From: Nitrospirota bacterium
GTDB lineage: Bacteria; Nitrospirota; UBA9217
DNA: 64,000 bases
Assembly (NCBI GenBank): GCA_963749655.1
Contig: CAVVOB010000035.1
Span: 29,932-93,931, forward strand
Direction: 5' to 3'
Shown here: in pieces, positions 22,252-33,272 of the stretch
Layout of the letters: every line of letters begins with the position of its first letter
Numbering within the stretch: the stretch's first letter is position 1
Notes under the pieces: model-generated
Databases searched by the model: none
What the model was told of the DNA's origin: nothing
Seen by the model: only the letters and a program-made list of their open reading frames with translations
Program-made: the position numbers and the translations under genes

Positions 22252-23382
22252 TCAGTACGTGGAGGCGGGCTCGTCCTTGTAATGCTCGTAGATCTTTTCA
22301 AAGGTCTTGTGGGTGTCCTTGAAGACCTCGATCAGCTTCGGGTCGAAATGGCGCGGACCCATCCGCTCGTTTCCCTCGACCATGATGCGGTACGACATGA
22401 CGTAGTCGAAGGGGGGCTTGTAGGGCCGGATGCTTCGCAGGGCGTCGTACTGGTCCGCGAAGGCCGTGATCCTGCCTTCGAGGGGGATCTCCTCTCCCTT
22501 GAGTCCCGCCGGATACCCGCTTCCGTCCCAGCGCTCGTGGTGGTTTATGGCGATGGTCTCCGCCATCCTGAGGTATTCGGAGGTCGAGCCCTGCAGGATC
22601 TTTCCGCCGATGATCGTGTGGGTCTTGACCAGGGCCAGCTCCTCGGGCGAGAGCGCGGCGGGCTTGAGCAGGATGTCGGAGGGGATGCCGATCTTCCCGA
22701 TGTCGTGCATGGGAGACGCGTATTTGATCGTCTCCACCTGCTCATCCGACCAGCCGAGCTGTTTTGCGATATGGGCGCAGCACAGGCCCACCCGTTTGAT
22801 ATGGGAGACCGTGGCCTCGTCCTTGTACTCGGCCACGACGGTCAGCCGGAAGATCGTGTCCAGGTAGCTCACCTTCAGCTTCCGCTGCGAACGCTGACGA
22901 TGTCCTGGAGCGCGGCATTCAGCTCGAAGGTCTTTTTCTCGGTCTCCGCCTTGAGACGGCCCGCATGGTCTTTCAGGAAGTCCTCGAACTCCTTGATGCC
23001 GAAGCAGGTTCCTCGTCCTGATCGTCACTTCGGTGCCGTCGATGGGTTTGGTCAGAAAATCGTTTGCTCCCGCTTCGAGCGCCTTGAGCTTGGAGGCCTT
23101 GTCGTCGAGCGCCGTCACCATGACGATCGGGATGTGCCGCGTGTCGAGGTTGTCCTTCAGGAGCTTGCAGACGGCGTACCCGTCCAGCTCCGGCATCATG
23201 ATGTCGAGGAAGATCAGGTCCGGATCGAAGGACGACGGTCTTGAGAATGGCCTCCTTGCCGTCCTTCGCCGTCTCGAAAACACCGTGAAAGGTTCTTCAG
23301 GATCGACGGAAATGAGCCGGTGGTTCTTCTCCTCGTCATCGACAATCAGGATCCTCGGTTGTTTATGTGCGTCCGTCATCAT
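22252..23382 (-). CDS. REC plus HD-GYP c-di-GMP phosphodiesterase response regulator (local frameshifts)
   Basis: ILIVDD, DLIFLDIMMP, DFLTKP; HDIGKIG, HHERWDGSGYP. Confidence 0.9.
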   Translation of the reverse strand: MMTDAHKQPRILIVDDEEKNHRLISVDPEEPFTVFSRRRRTARRPFSRPSSFDPDLIFLDIMMPELDGYAVCKLLKDNLDTRHIPIVMVTALDDKASKLKALEAGANDFLTKPIDGTEVTIRTRNLLRHQGVRGLPERPCGPSQGGDREKDLRAECRAPGHRQRSQRKLKVSYLDTIFRLTVVAEYKDEATVSHIKRVGLCCAHIAKQLGWSDEQVETIKYASPMHDIGKIGIPSDILLKPAALSPEELALVKTHTIIGGKILQGSTSEYLRMAETIAINHHERWDGSGYPAGLKGEEIPLEGRITAFADQYDALRSIRPYKPPFDYVMSYRIMVEGNERMGPRHFDPKLIEVFKDTHKTFEKIYEHYKDEPASTY

Positions 23383-23487
23383 ACCTCCCATTACCTGCCT
23401 GATCACTGCTGCCTGCGGTCGTATTTCCGGCCGTCGGAGTAAATTCCCGTTATCGCTGTTTATCCGGCGCCGCAGCCCCCCTACCCG

Positions 23488-25748
<2,261 letters not shown>

Positions 25749-25847
25749 GCCGTGCTTTCAGTATAACTCCGTGGCCGGGTCTGCTGCAGAGTGTACAGAT
25801 TGTAACATAATCAGGTTCCGATGCAACTGAAAACAGCCACAAACCGC

Positions 25848-25876
25848 TTGACCCTTTCGGGTCACCCTGTTATATT
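25848..25876 (+). promoter_or_regulatory. Putative sigma70 promoter of the ASKHA/RACo gene
   Basis: TTGACC, 17 bp ending TGT, TATATT. Confidence 0.55.
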
Positions 25877-25906
25877 CCGTGAAGGTACACACGAAAGACA
25901 GCTCGT

Positions 25907-26015
25907 AACCACAGATGAACACAGATTAACACTGATAGAAGCAGGTAAAGAAAAAATTTAAACGTGACTTTGCCGCTGTTTTTTCATCTGTGTCAATCTG
26001 TGTTTATCTGTGGTT
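25907..26015. repeat. Inverted doublet of 9/10-mer tandem repeats
   Basis: AACCACAGATGAACACAGATTAACACTGAT ... ATCTGTGTCAATCTGTGTTTATCTGTGGTT. Confidence 0.8.
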
Positions 26016-26054
26016 CCAGATATTTTTTTTGATCCAGCGAAAGGAGCTGCAGAG

Positions 26055-27976
26055 TTGAAGCATACGGTAACTTTTCTTCCCGACAATATCGCGGTGAGCG
26101 TCGACGACAACACGAACCTGTTCAGGGCCGTGAAGGCGGCCGGGCTGTATGTGCTGTCGTCGTGCGGCGGCAAGGGCAACTGCGGCAAGTGCAAGGTCGT
26201 GATCAGGGACGGGCAGGTCGACGGCGGCAAATCTTCGTCCTACCTCACGGCGGAGGAGATCGAACGCCGCTATGTCCTCGCCTGCCACTCGCGCGTGAAG
26301 AGCGACCTGCTGGTCGAGATCCCGCCGGAGTCGCGCATGCAGGCCAAACACAAGATCGCGACGGGCGCGAAGGCCGAGGAGCTCCTCAAGCGCATGCATG
26401 ACGCGGGCGGGTGCCTCGAGTCGCGCATCCACCGGATCTACCTGGAGCTCGAGCCCCCCCACGATCGACGACAACATCGCGGATTTCGAACGGGTCCGCC
26501 GCGCCCTGGACGAGGCGGGCTTCGAAGCCGCGCACCTGCACATGAACTACATGATGCTCTCCAAGCTGTCGCGCGTCCTGCGGGAGGGGAACTGGAAGGT
26601 GACGGCCACGGTCCTCACCGTCACCGATGTGCTGGAAGTGCTCGACCTCTTCCCCGGCAACGTCACGAAGTCGCGGTACGGCGCGGCGGTGGACATCGGA
26701 ACAACGACCGTCGTCGTGTACCTCGTGGACATGACGAACGGCCGCGTGATCGGCACGTCGTCCACGTACAACAGCCAGGTCAAATGCGGCGACGACGTGA
26801 TCACGCGCATCGTCTACGCCACGGAGCGGAACGGCCTCAAAGAGCTCCAGGAGCTGGTGGTGGGCAACATCGGCGTCATGCTCGCCGACCTCGCGGAAAA
26901 GAACAAAGTCTCGCCGGGCATGATCGACTACATCGTCGTCGCCGGCAACACCACCATGGAGCACCTGTTCTACGGCATCGATCCGGCCGCATATCCGCGA
27001 GGAGCCCTACATTCCCGCCGCCACCTTCTTCCCGCCGATCCGCGGCAAGAGCGTGGGGCTGCAGGTCTCGCCCCAGGCCATCATCTATTCCATGCCGAAC
27101 GTGGCGAGCTACGTGGGCGGCGACATCACGTCGGGCGTGCTCGTGTCCCAGATCCACAAGCGCGACGAGGTCTCGCTCTTCATCGACATCGGCACGAACG
27201 GCGAGATCGTGCTCGGCAACCGCGAGTGGCTCGTGACCGCGGCCTGCTCCGCCGGCCCGGCCTTCGAGGGGAGCGGCATCAAGTTCGGCATGCGCGCCAT
27301 GGAAGGGGCCATCGAAGAGGTCGAGATCAACCCGAAGACCTTTGACGTGAACTACCGCGTCATCGGCGACGCAAAGCCCATCGGCATCTGCGGCTCGGGC
27401 ATGATCGACATCCTCGCCGAGATGTACCTGAACGGCGTCATCGACCAGAAGGGCAAGATCCGCGAAGAGATCGGATCGAAGCGCATTCGCCGGGGCGAGA
27501 GCGGGCTCGAGTTCGTGCTCGCCTGGCGCGTGGAGTCCGCCATCAACAAGGAAATCGTGATCACCGAGGTGGACCTGGACAACCTGATCCGCGCCAAGGC
27601 GGCGATCTACGCCGGCTTCGCAACGCTCGTGTCCCACATGGGCATGACCTTCGCCGACGTCAAGACGCTCTATATCGCCGGCGGGTTCGGCCGGTACATC
27701 GATGTGGAGCGCGCCATCATCATCGGCATGCTCCCCGACCTGCCGGTGGAAAAGTTTCAGTTCCTCGGCAACACGTCCATCATGGGCGCCTACTACGGGC
27801 TCCTGTGCGACCGACTGCGGCACGAGGCCGAGGATATCGCCAAAAAGATGACTTATGTGGAATTGTCCGTGTCGCGGAGCTTCATGGACGAGTACATGTC
27901 CGCGCTGTTCCTCCCCCATACGGACCTGAACGCTTTTCCCACGGTGAAGAGGGAGATGGAAAAGAGGAAGAAGTGA
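26055..27976 (+). CDS. ASKHA-domain ATPase with N-terminal 2Fe-2S cluster (RACo/DUF4445-like corrinoid reductive activator); frameshifts near 26460 and 26990
   Basis: CGGKGNCGKC...LAC; AVDIGTTT; GDDVITRI; YVGGDI; DIGTNGE; AGPAFEG; GICGSG; AGGFG. Confidence 0.9.
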
Positions 27977-28005
27977 TCGCCTGACGGCGCCGGGATGAAA
28001 CGATT

Positions 28006-28043
28006 ACGGGCTGACAGCGTTCCTGCGGTCAGCCCGTTTTGTT
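28006..28043 (+). terminator. Intrinsic terminator
   Basis: ACGGGCTGAC-AGCGTTCCTGCG-GTCAGCCCGT-TTTGTT. Confidence 0.75.
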
Positions 28044-28054
28044 CTGGAAGGCAT

Positions 28055-28088
28055 CGTCGGGTTTCACTTCGTTCTACCCTACCGACTG
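28055..28088 (-). repeat. Single arm of the GTAG-type REP element
   Basis: Reverse complement CAGTCGGTAGGGTAGAACGAAGTGAAACCCGACG matches the left arm of copies at 30251 and 47034. Confidence 0.7.
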
Positions 28089-28091
28089 ATA

Positions 28092-28808
28092 TTATTTCAA
28101 GGAGAATGACTTGATCCTATTGGCTTCCAAGAGTGTTTTTGGCACCGTGAAGGCGATGAAGCGCACATCGCCATAGAACTCAAGCACCCATGCCGTCACA
28201 TGCTCATGATCGCCGGTAGCATACCAGTAGCGCAGGACATCGCGACCTATAGAGCATTCGGGATTAGTAAGCACGGGGTCTACGAGCGTACTCCGCAGAT
28301 GTAGAGCATCAGATGGCTTGATACCCTTGAGCCCGTCCTCTGACCAGACGGTTACTTCGTGATCGTTTGGCAAGCGCACGTGGCCATAATGGTGCCAGTA
28401 AAGGCCACGGGTGACGCGTATGACGACACGGTCGAGTCGGGCGAGGTCCACATCGATTCCTTGAACCTTACCTACATGAAGCCCTGCGGGAGTTCGAAGC
28501 GCCAAGCGTCGTATGCTACCCATAATCCGCCGCGTGAATCCAGTCTTTTTCGGCTTAGTAAGCCCACGGAAAACTGACTCGCGGATCGCCACAGCCTCCG
28601 GATGGCTCCCCGCACGATCTTTCAAGACCATCATCGTCTTGAAGTACTCATCGTCTTTAGATGCTCCTCCGTTACACAGCTCGCAGCTGGGTACCACTAT
28701 GAGATCCGAAGGTCTCGGCTTGCCGCAAAGAGCTTGCGGAGGAATATGATCTTCGGTGAGCGGTAGGATGCGTCCACAATAAACGCATTCGCCAGTTCTT
28801 ACTTTCAT
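28092..28808 (-). CDS. HNH endonuclease-like protein (cassette gene)
   Basis: CVYCG...TEDHIPP...VPSCELCN; downstream of an attC site. Confidence 0.75.
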   Translation of the reverse strand: MKVRTGECVYCGRILPLTEDHIPPQALCGKPRPSDLIVVPSCELCNGGASKDDEYFKTMMVLKDRAGSHPEAVAIRESVFRGLTKPKKTGFTRRIMGSIRRLALRTPAGLHVGKVQGIDVDLARLDRVVIRVTRGLYWHHYGHVRLPNDHEVTVWSEDGLKGIKPSDALHLRSTLVDPVLTNPECSIGRDVLRYWYATGDHEHVTAWVLEFYGDVRFIAFTVPKTLLEANRIKSFSLK

Positions 28809-28830
28809 AACGTCATCCAGGATATGGTGT

Positions 28831-28889
28831 ATGCTACACGGCGCTGACGCGCCGCTTTTGGCGCGATGCTGTCGAGCGCCAGGTTGGAA
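28831..28889 (-). mobile_element. Integron attC site
   Basis: TTCCAAC-CTGGC-GCTCGACA...CGTCAGC-GCCGT-GTAGCAT: 5-bp spacers, L boxes pair with one extra base; R' one base off GTT. Confidence 0.75.
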
Positions 28890-28916
28890 TCAGCCTGATG
28901 ATTATTTTATCTGAGT

Positions 28917-29543
28917 TCATATTTCATCATTGGCGATCATCAAGAGAAGTTTGTCGATTTCTCGTGGTGTTAATTCTGCACCGAGACTCTTCTGGACATG
29001 ATCTCGAAGCCATACGCACCGTCTGACAAAGTCCTTGTACTCTGGGTCGTATTCATCTGCTTTTAATTCTGGTATTTCGTTGAGTCGTGGAACGACTTTA
29101 GTGATTGATTGACGAGCTCTACTATCGTAAATGAAAAAGGCATTTGGCTTGTGGAAGTGCAAGTATTTTGCGGCCAATGATCGCTTTTCGAGATCGGTAA
29201 TTGACTGAAACAGGTCCATTAGTTTCCTGTGTATTACAACCGTTCTCACACAGCCCGACTTATCTGCACTTTGTATTGAATCAAGCCACAAGTCTATCGG
29301 CTGACTCCGCATAGTCGGAGCCACAACAGTCTCATAGAAATCGTCCCCAATGTGTTTTGCATTCTTGCGGCGTTCAATTGCGGCTGCATATGAGCGCCCA
29401 ATGAGACAAATTTTCGCAATAATCGCATCATGTTCGGTGTGTCCTGGATAAGTCTGACACATATCATAGAGAATGCGATTACCGAGGTCCCACACCCAAG
29501 GTTCACGGATTGAGTCAATATCTTCTCTTGTGATTTGTCTCAT
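28917..29543 (-). CDS. Hypothetical cassette protein, distant HhH-GPD/DNA-glycosylase-like
   Basis: SLAAKYLHFHKPNAFFIYDSRA and TPREIDKLL; bounded by complementary GTTGGAA and TTCCAAC cores. Confidence 0.65.
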   Translation of the reverse strand: MRQITREDIDSIREPWVWDLGNRILYDMCQTYPGHTEHDAIIAKICLIGRSYAAAIERRKNAKHIGDDFYETVVAPTMRSQPIDLWLDSIQSADKSGCVRTVVIHRKLMDLFQSITDLEKRSLAAKYLHFHKPNAFFIYDSRARQSITKVVPRLNEIPELKADEYDPEYKDFVRRCVWLRDHVQKSLGAELTPREIDKLLLMIANDEI

Positions 29544-29551
29544 TTTAATTT

Positions 29552-29621
29552 TTCCAACGAGTCTGTAGAGTCGTTTTGCGTGAGTTCTAACCTACGCAGA
29601 GAACCTACCGGCTCGTTTTCT
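29552..29621 (-). mobile_element. Integron attC site overlapping the upstream stop codon
   Basis: AAC-GAGCCGGTAG...TGCGT..ACGCA...CTACAGACTC-GTTGGAA, 70-bp imperfect hairpin ending 8 nt before the next ATG. Confidence 0.65.
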
Positions 29622-30153
29622 TAATATGTTTTTCTAGCCAACCTTCGATTTGCAGCAATCTCAGCACGGGCGACTTTAATTCTTCCGAATTGCTTGCCGC
29701 ATATTTCTTTAATTCTAGAAAAGCCGAGTGAAATTTTTCGTTTACCATCAGTTGGACTTTGATTTTAGTTCTTTGTTTTATTTCATCTGTCATTCTTTTC
29801 AAATGATCTGCTTGGTTATACTCAATCATTCCTTTTGAATCTTTAACAGTTGGGCTCCACAGCATAAATTCTTTTTTGTAGCCTTTGAAGTATTTATTGG
29901 CGTATGCGATATCCTTCGTAAACTTATCGATTAGTCTTTGGCACGTGTCGGGCCTCTTGTTTTTTGTGTATTTAAGGCCTGTCTTCAGGTGACTTGCCAC
30001 TTCACAAATAAAGACTTTCTTCGCTTTATTGTTTATACCTACAACATCAATTTCTCCTTGAGAGTCACGCGTATATACGTTGTAATCGATGAAGTCACAG
30101 TTCCCTTTTATTCTAAGATAATCTCCAACTAAAATTTCACCCGCATTTGCCTT
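29605..30153 (-). CDS. PD-(D/E)xK-type nuclease-like protein; the expected start codon reads AAG
   Basis: Frame stays open 51 codons upstream of the listed ORF: ANAGEILVGDYL...QGEIDVVGIN...VFICEVASHL; SD GAGG. Confidence 0.65.
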   Translation of the reverse strand, partial: KANAGEILVGDYLRIKGNCDFIDYNVYTRDSQGEIDVVGINNKAKKVFICEVASHLKTGLKYTKNKRPDTCQRLIDKFTKDIAYANKYFKGYKKEFMLWSPTVKDSKGMIEYNQADHLKRMTDEIKQRTKIKVQLMVNEKFHSAFLELKKYAASNSEELKSPVLRLLQIEGWLEKHIKKTSR

Positions 30154-30169
30154 CTTAACCTCTTTTAAA

Positions 30170-30225
30170 AATCAACGATGAGTTCACACGCCGCGAAGCG
30201 GTCGGCGTAGAACGATTTGTTAACG
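30170..30225 (-). mobile_element. Integron attC site (56 bp)
   Basis: CGTTAAC-AAATC-GTTCTACG-CCGACCGCTTCGCGGCG-TGTGAAC-TCATC-GTTGATT: canonical R''/L''/L'/R' spacing with an extra base in L''. Confidence 0.85.
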
Positions 30226-30250
30226 CTTGATTTTGGTGTACTGTGAGTCG

Positions 30251-30360
30251 GTAGGTCGGGTAGCGCGTAGCGAAACCCGACATCTTCGGTCCCTTGCGCT
30301 ACTGCAAGTATTCCGGCAAATAAACGTCGGGTTTCACTAAAGACGTTCTACCTGACCTAC
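30251..30360 (+). repeat. REPIN-like GTAG-type REP doublet (~110 bp)
   Basis: GTAGGTCGGGTAG...GAAACCCGAC, spacer, GTCGGGTTTC...CTACCTGACCTAC; near-identical copies elsewhere in the window. Confidence 0.85.
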
Positions 30361-30497
30361 ACGGCTGTCGAGGCGCAGGTTAATATTTCAGGACTTGGTC
30401 TCTCAGGGGCGCGACCCGATCCCCCGTATTCCCTGGCGTTGATTTGCTCCCCGAGGCGGCGGCGAAGTAGGTGGGGCAGGCATCCGGCTACCCTGAT

Positions 30498-31553
30498 CTA
30501 ACAAAGCGATATTGTTCGCCGAAATTCATGAAGTAGAGCTTTACAATCAAAACTATTCCTTATATCTATCTTGTCACCCTTTCCCTCGAACAGACTACGC
30601 AGCTCCCCTTTAATAAGCTGACAATCAGTATCTGAAATATTAAGCGCAGTTCCGAAACAACCTGATTTTCTTCTAGTGTTTGTTTCATGTGGCCCTTGCT
30701 GTTTCATAAGCTCTAAATTCTGTTTCCAGTACGCGAAGCCTAAAAATAGTATTTTGTCTGCCTCTCGAATCTGCCGTCGTATTGAACCAATTTCACTTGA
30801 TCCTGGATCTATACCTTCTGTAAAGGTCTTTATACCCCGGGATAGTTGAAGCAGCTGATTGGCATCTGGCATAGCGCCGTATGCAATAGAATCGCCCGGA
30901 CTTTGCCAGGGAAGCTTTCCAACCGTTCCGTAGGGATGATATATTTTTATACTGTTGACATATTCTGCCGCTTTCGAAGCATCCATCCCGTAAATGTTTT
31001 GTAAAGAGATATACAGAAAGTGCTCAATGCAACGATCGTAATTGAAAATGATTAATGCAACAGACCCAAGTCTTGACGGTAGCTCGCGCTCATTACAGTT
31101 CTCCGTGAGGATACGAATGAATTTGTTATGCCACGTATCCTCGATTAAGCTAAAATCCGCATACTCATTGCCCTTGCGATAAATTTGAGCAAGTTTACTT
31201 GTACCCTCCGCCATGAGGATCGATCGAACGATTGCGATTTTTCCGCAGAACTCGACATCTTTATTATCTCGGTGCTTGTCGATGCAATTGTCGATAGAAG
31301 CTTCCTGTGGTAAAGCAGTTCGGATTCTTTGGCATGCATTAAGATATGATTTTAGCCGTGTAGGATAATTAATCTTCGATTCATTTTCTATTACATGATA
31401 TATAAGCCTATCACCGCCGCGCGAACTTCCCATCGAATCCAACTGAATGTCAAGAAGACCTATGATGTTATTCTTCAATGTTTCACCTGCCGGCATATTG
31501 ATATCATAGCCAGCACCTGCTCCCACTATCACTAGTATTTCTGTTTTTGCCAT
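30498..31553 (-). CDS. SIR2-like domain protein
   Basis: VIVGAGAG, IIFNYDRCIE, IYHPYG, ILFLGFAY; low GC. Confidence 0.75.
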   Translation of the reverse strand: MAKTEILVIVGAGAGYDINMPAGETLKNNIIGLLDIQLDSMGSSRGGDRLIYHVIENESKINYPTRLKSYLNACQRIRTALPQEASIDNCIDKHRDNKDVEFCGKIAIVRSILMAEGTSKLAQIYRKGNEYADFSLIEDTWHNKFIRILTENCNERELPSRLGSVALIIFNYDRCIEHFLYISLQNIYGMDASKAAEYVNSIKIYHPYGTVGKLPWQSPGDSIAYGAMPDANQLLQLSRGIKTFTEGIDPGSSEIGSIRRQIREADKILFLGFAYWKQNLELMKQQGPHETNTRRKSGCFGTALNISDTDCQLIKGELRSLFEGKGDKIDIRNSFDCKALLHEFRRTISLC

Positions 31554-31621
31554 AGTTGGACTTCTCTCTTACAATTAACCAGTGTGACTTTGGGGACAAC
31601 CTCATGCTCTACCCATATATA

Positions 31622-31690
31622 ACGTTGTTTCTATGCTTGACTTTCTCCCCTTACTCAAACCTAAGCACAAAGCAACGATAGAAACAACGT
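31622..31690. repeat. 13-bp perfect inverted repeat (miniature element)
   Basis: ACGTTGTTTCTAT ... ATAGAAACAACGT. Confidence 0.6.
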
Positions 31691-31744
31691 CTCCCTACTG
31701 TTCCCTTGTCCTTTTCAACGATTAAAATCGTGTGCGTATTTGAT

Positions 31745-32866
31745 TTATGTGCTGCCTTTCTTAATTGCAATGTCAATAAGCACGGAACCATAACCTGTAA
31801 CAAGTGGGATTGAAGCCTTAATGCTAAATTGTCTTAAAAGACTTCCTGAAATTGGCCAGACTGGATAGACTTCTTTAATTTGTTTGTGTCGTTCCTGAAG
31901 TGATTTCAGATTTTCCTGGGATACATTAGGAGCATTATATTCTTTCCGAAATAGAACTGATATCTTTGAAAGTTCAGAATCACGTTTGTTAACCATTGCG
32001 GCATGGGCTGACCAAATAGGCATTATCAAAGTGATTGGTACGAGAATAATATATAAGGTATATAGCAGCAGGACATCCGCATAAGCCCATCCGACGCCTA
32101 AAATTAATCTCGCAATTGTAACACCCGTCGCCATAAAACCCAATCCCACGGCGACGCTGCTGAATTTTATTCCAAGTCTCCCTACTGGTCCGAGGCCCCC
32201 TGCTTCGTCAGGATGTAATGGAATAGTTTCAACAATGGCATGCCTGAAGAGGCTATTGAGCATGAAAAGGATTCCTATTGCTCTAAAAACGAGCATGGCA
32301 GCCAGGTAGTATCCCACTGTGGTGCTGGTGACAAAGAAAAAATAAAAGTACAATTTGTTTTTGTACCAAAAAAAGTATTTAGCCATTTTACTAGATTCGT
32401 TAGGAAAGACATAACATATCTGAACTGTTATAAATAGAACGGCTACGAGTAAAGCTAATAACGATAGACGTAGATTGTCTATTGAATAGACTTTAGATGC
32501 AACAAAATCACTTAATGATTTAAAGCCATCGATCTTGATAATCTTTTCTTTTTCTAGTTCGGTAAGAGCGGAAGAGACTACGCGAGGTTGCACCAAGTAC
32601 AAATACCAAATGACAGGAAGAAGTACAAAGGATGCAAATAGGGCATAAAGCAGGTGCTCTGAATCAAATACACGTATGATCGGTGCATCCCTGAAAATAT
32701 AATAGCTTAGAAATGCGCCACCAGCAAAAATGATGATAGCATTCAATATAATATGAGACAGCGCAAGATATTTAGGCGACACTTTCAGAACTTGCTTGGC
32801 AAGGTATATGATCGGATCCGAGGAGTTCAATGAGGGTAAATTACATGAATCTTTCATATCTGCCAT
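31745..32866 (-). CDS. Low-GC multi-pass membrane protein (first cassette gene)
   Basis: About seven TMs; PLHPDEAGGLGPVG and YPVWP motifs; SD GAGGAG after a GTT core. Confidence 0.7.
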   Translation of the reverse strand: MADMKDSCNLPSLNSSDPIIYLAKQVLKVSPKYLALSHIILNAIIIFAGGAFLSYYIFRDAPIIRVFDSEHLLYALFASFVLLPVIWYLYLVQPRVVSSALTELEKEKIIKIDGFKSLSDFVASKVYSIDNLRLSLLALLVAVLFITVQICYVFPNESSKMAKYFFWYKNKLYFYFFFVTSTTVGYYLAAMLVFRAIGILFMLNSLFRHAIVETIPLHPDEAGGLGPVGRLGIKFSSVAVGLGFMATGVTIARLILGVGWAYADVLLLYTLYIILVPITLIMPIWSAHAAMVNKRDSELSKISVLFRKEYNAPNVSQENLKSLQERHKQIKEVYPVWPISGSLLRQFSIKASIPLVTGYGSVLIDIAIKKGST

Positions 32867-32893
32867 AGTTGCACTCCTCTAATATGCATGAAT

Positions 32894-32935
32894 TTACAAC
32901 GACGAGTTGAGCCCCGCGCCATAAGCGCGGGAGAC
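32894..32935 (-). mobile_element. Right half of an attC site, left arm replaced
   Basis: CCCGCGC-TTATG-GCGCGGG-GCTCAAC-TCGTC-GTTGTAA; upstream sequence is GTCTGACCCC instead of R''/L''. Confidence 0.55.
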
Positions 32936-33063
32936 CGAACGGGGTCAGACATAAGAAACTAAGTTTTTTCCATCTGCCCTTTTGCTTACGTCAAAAACGA
33001 GCTTAATATTCTCCCTGCACGAGTACTTAAAGACAGCGGTGCAGAGTGCTTCCTCTGAGTTGT

Positions 33064-33092
33064 ACAGTAGGATAAATGAATACGAATGTCAA
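33064..33092 (-). promoter_or_regulatory. Candidate array (Pc-like) promoter
   Basis: TTGACA, 17 bp, TACTGT, pointing into the cassette genes. Confidence 0.5.
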
Positions 33093-33272
33093 CGATTTCG
33101 ACGGGGGTATTTATGGGGTAGACGAATTCTTTCCGTTTCGAGTTCCGAGTTTCGAGTCAGGAATAGGAATGCAGCGCATAGACACCAGTGACAATAACGA
33201 AAATGTAATCTGCATTAAACTCTCGATTCCACTCAGTGCAGACTTCAGGAAGAAGTCCGGCACTTTCCCACA

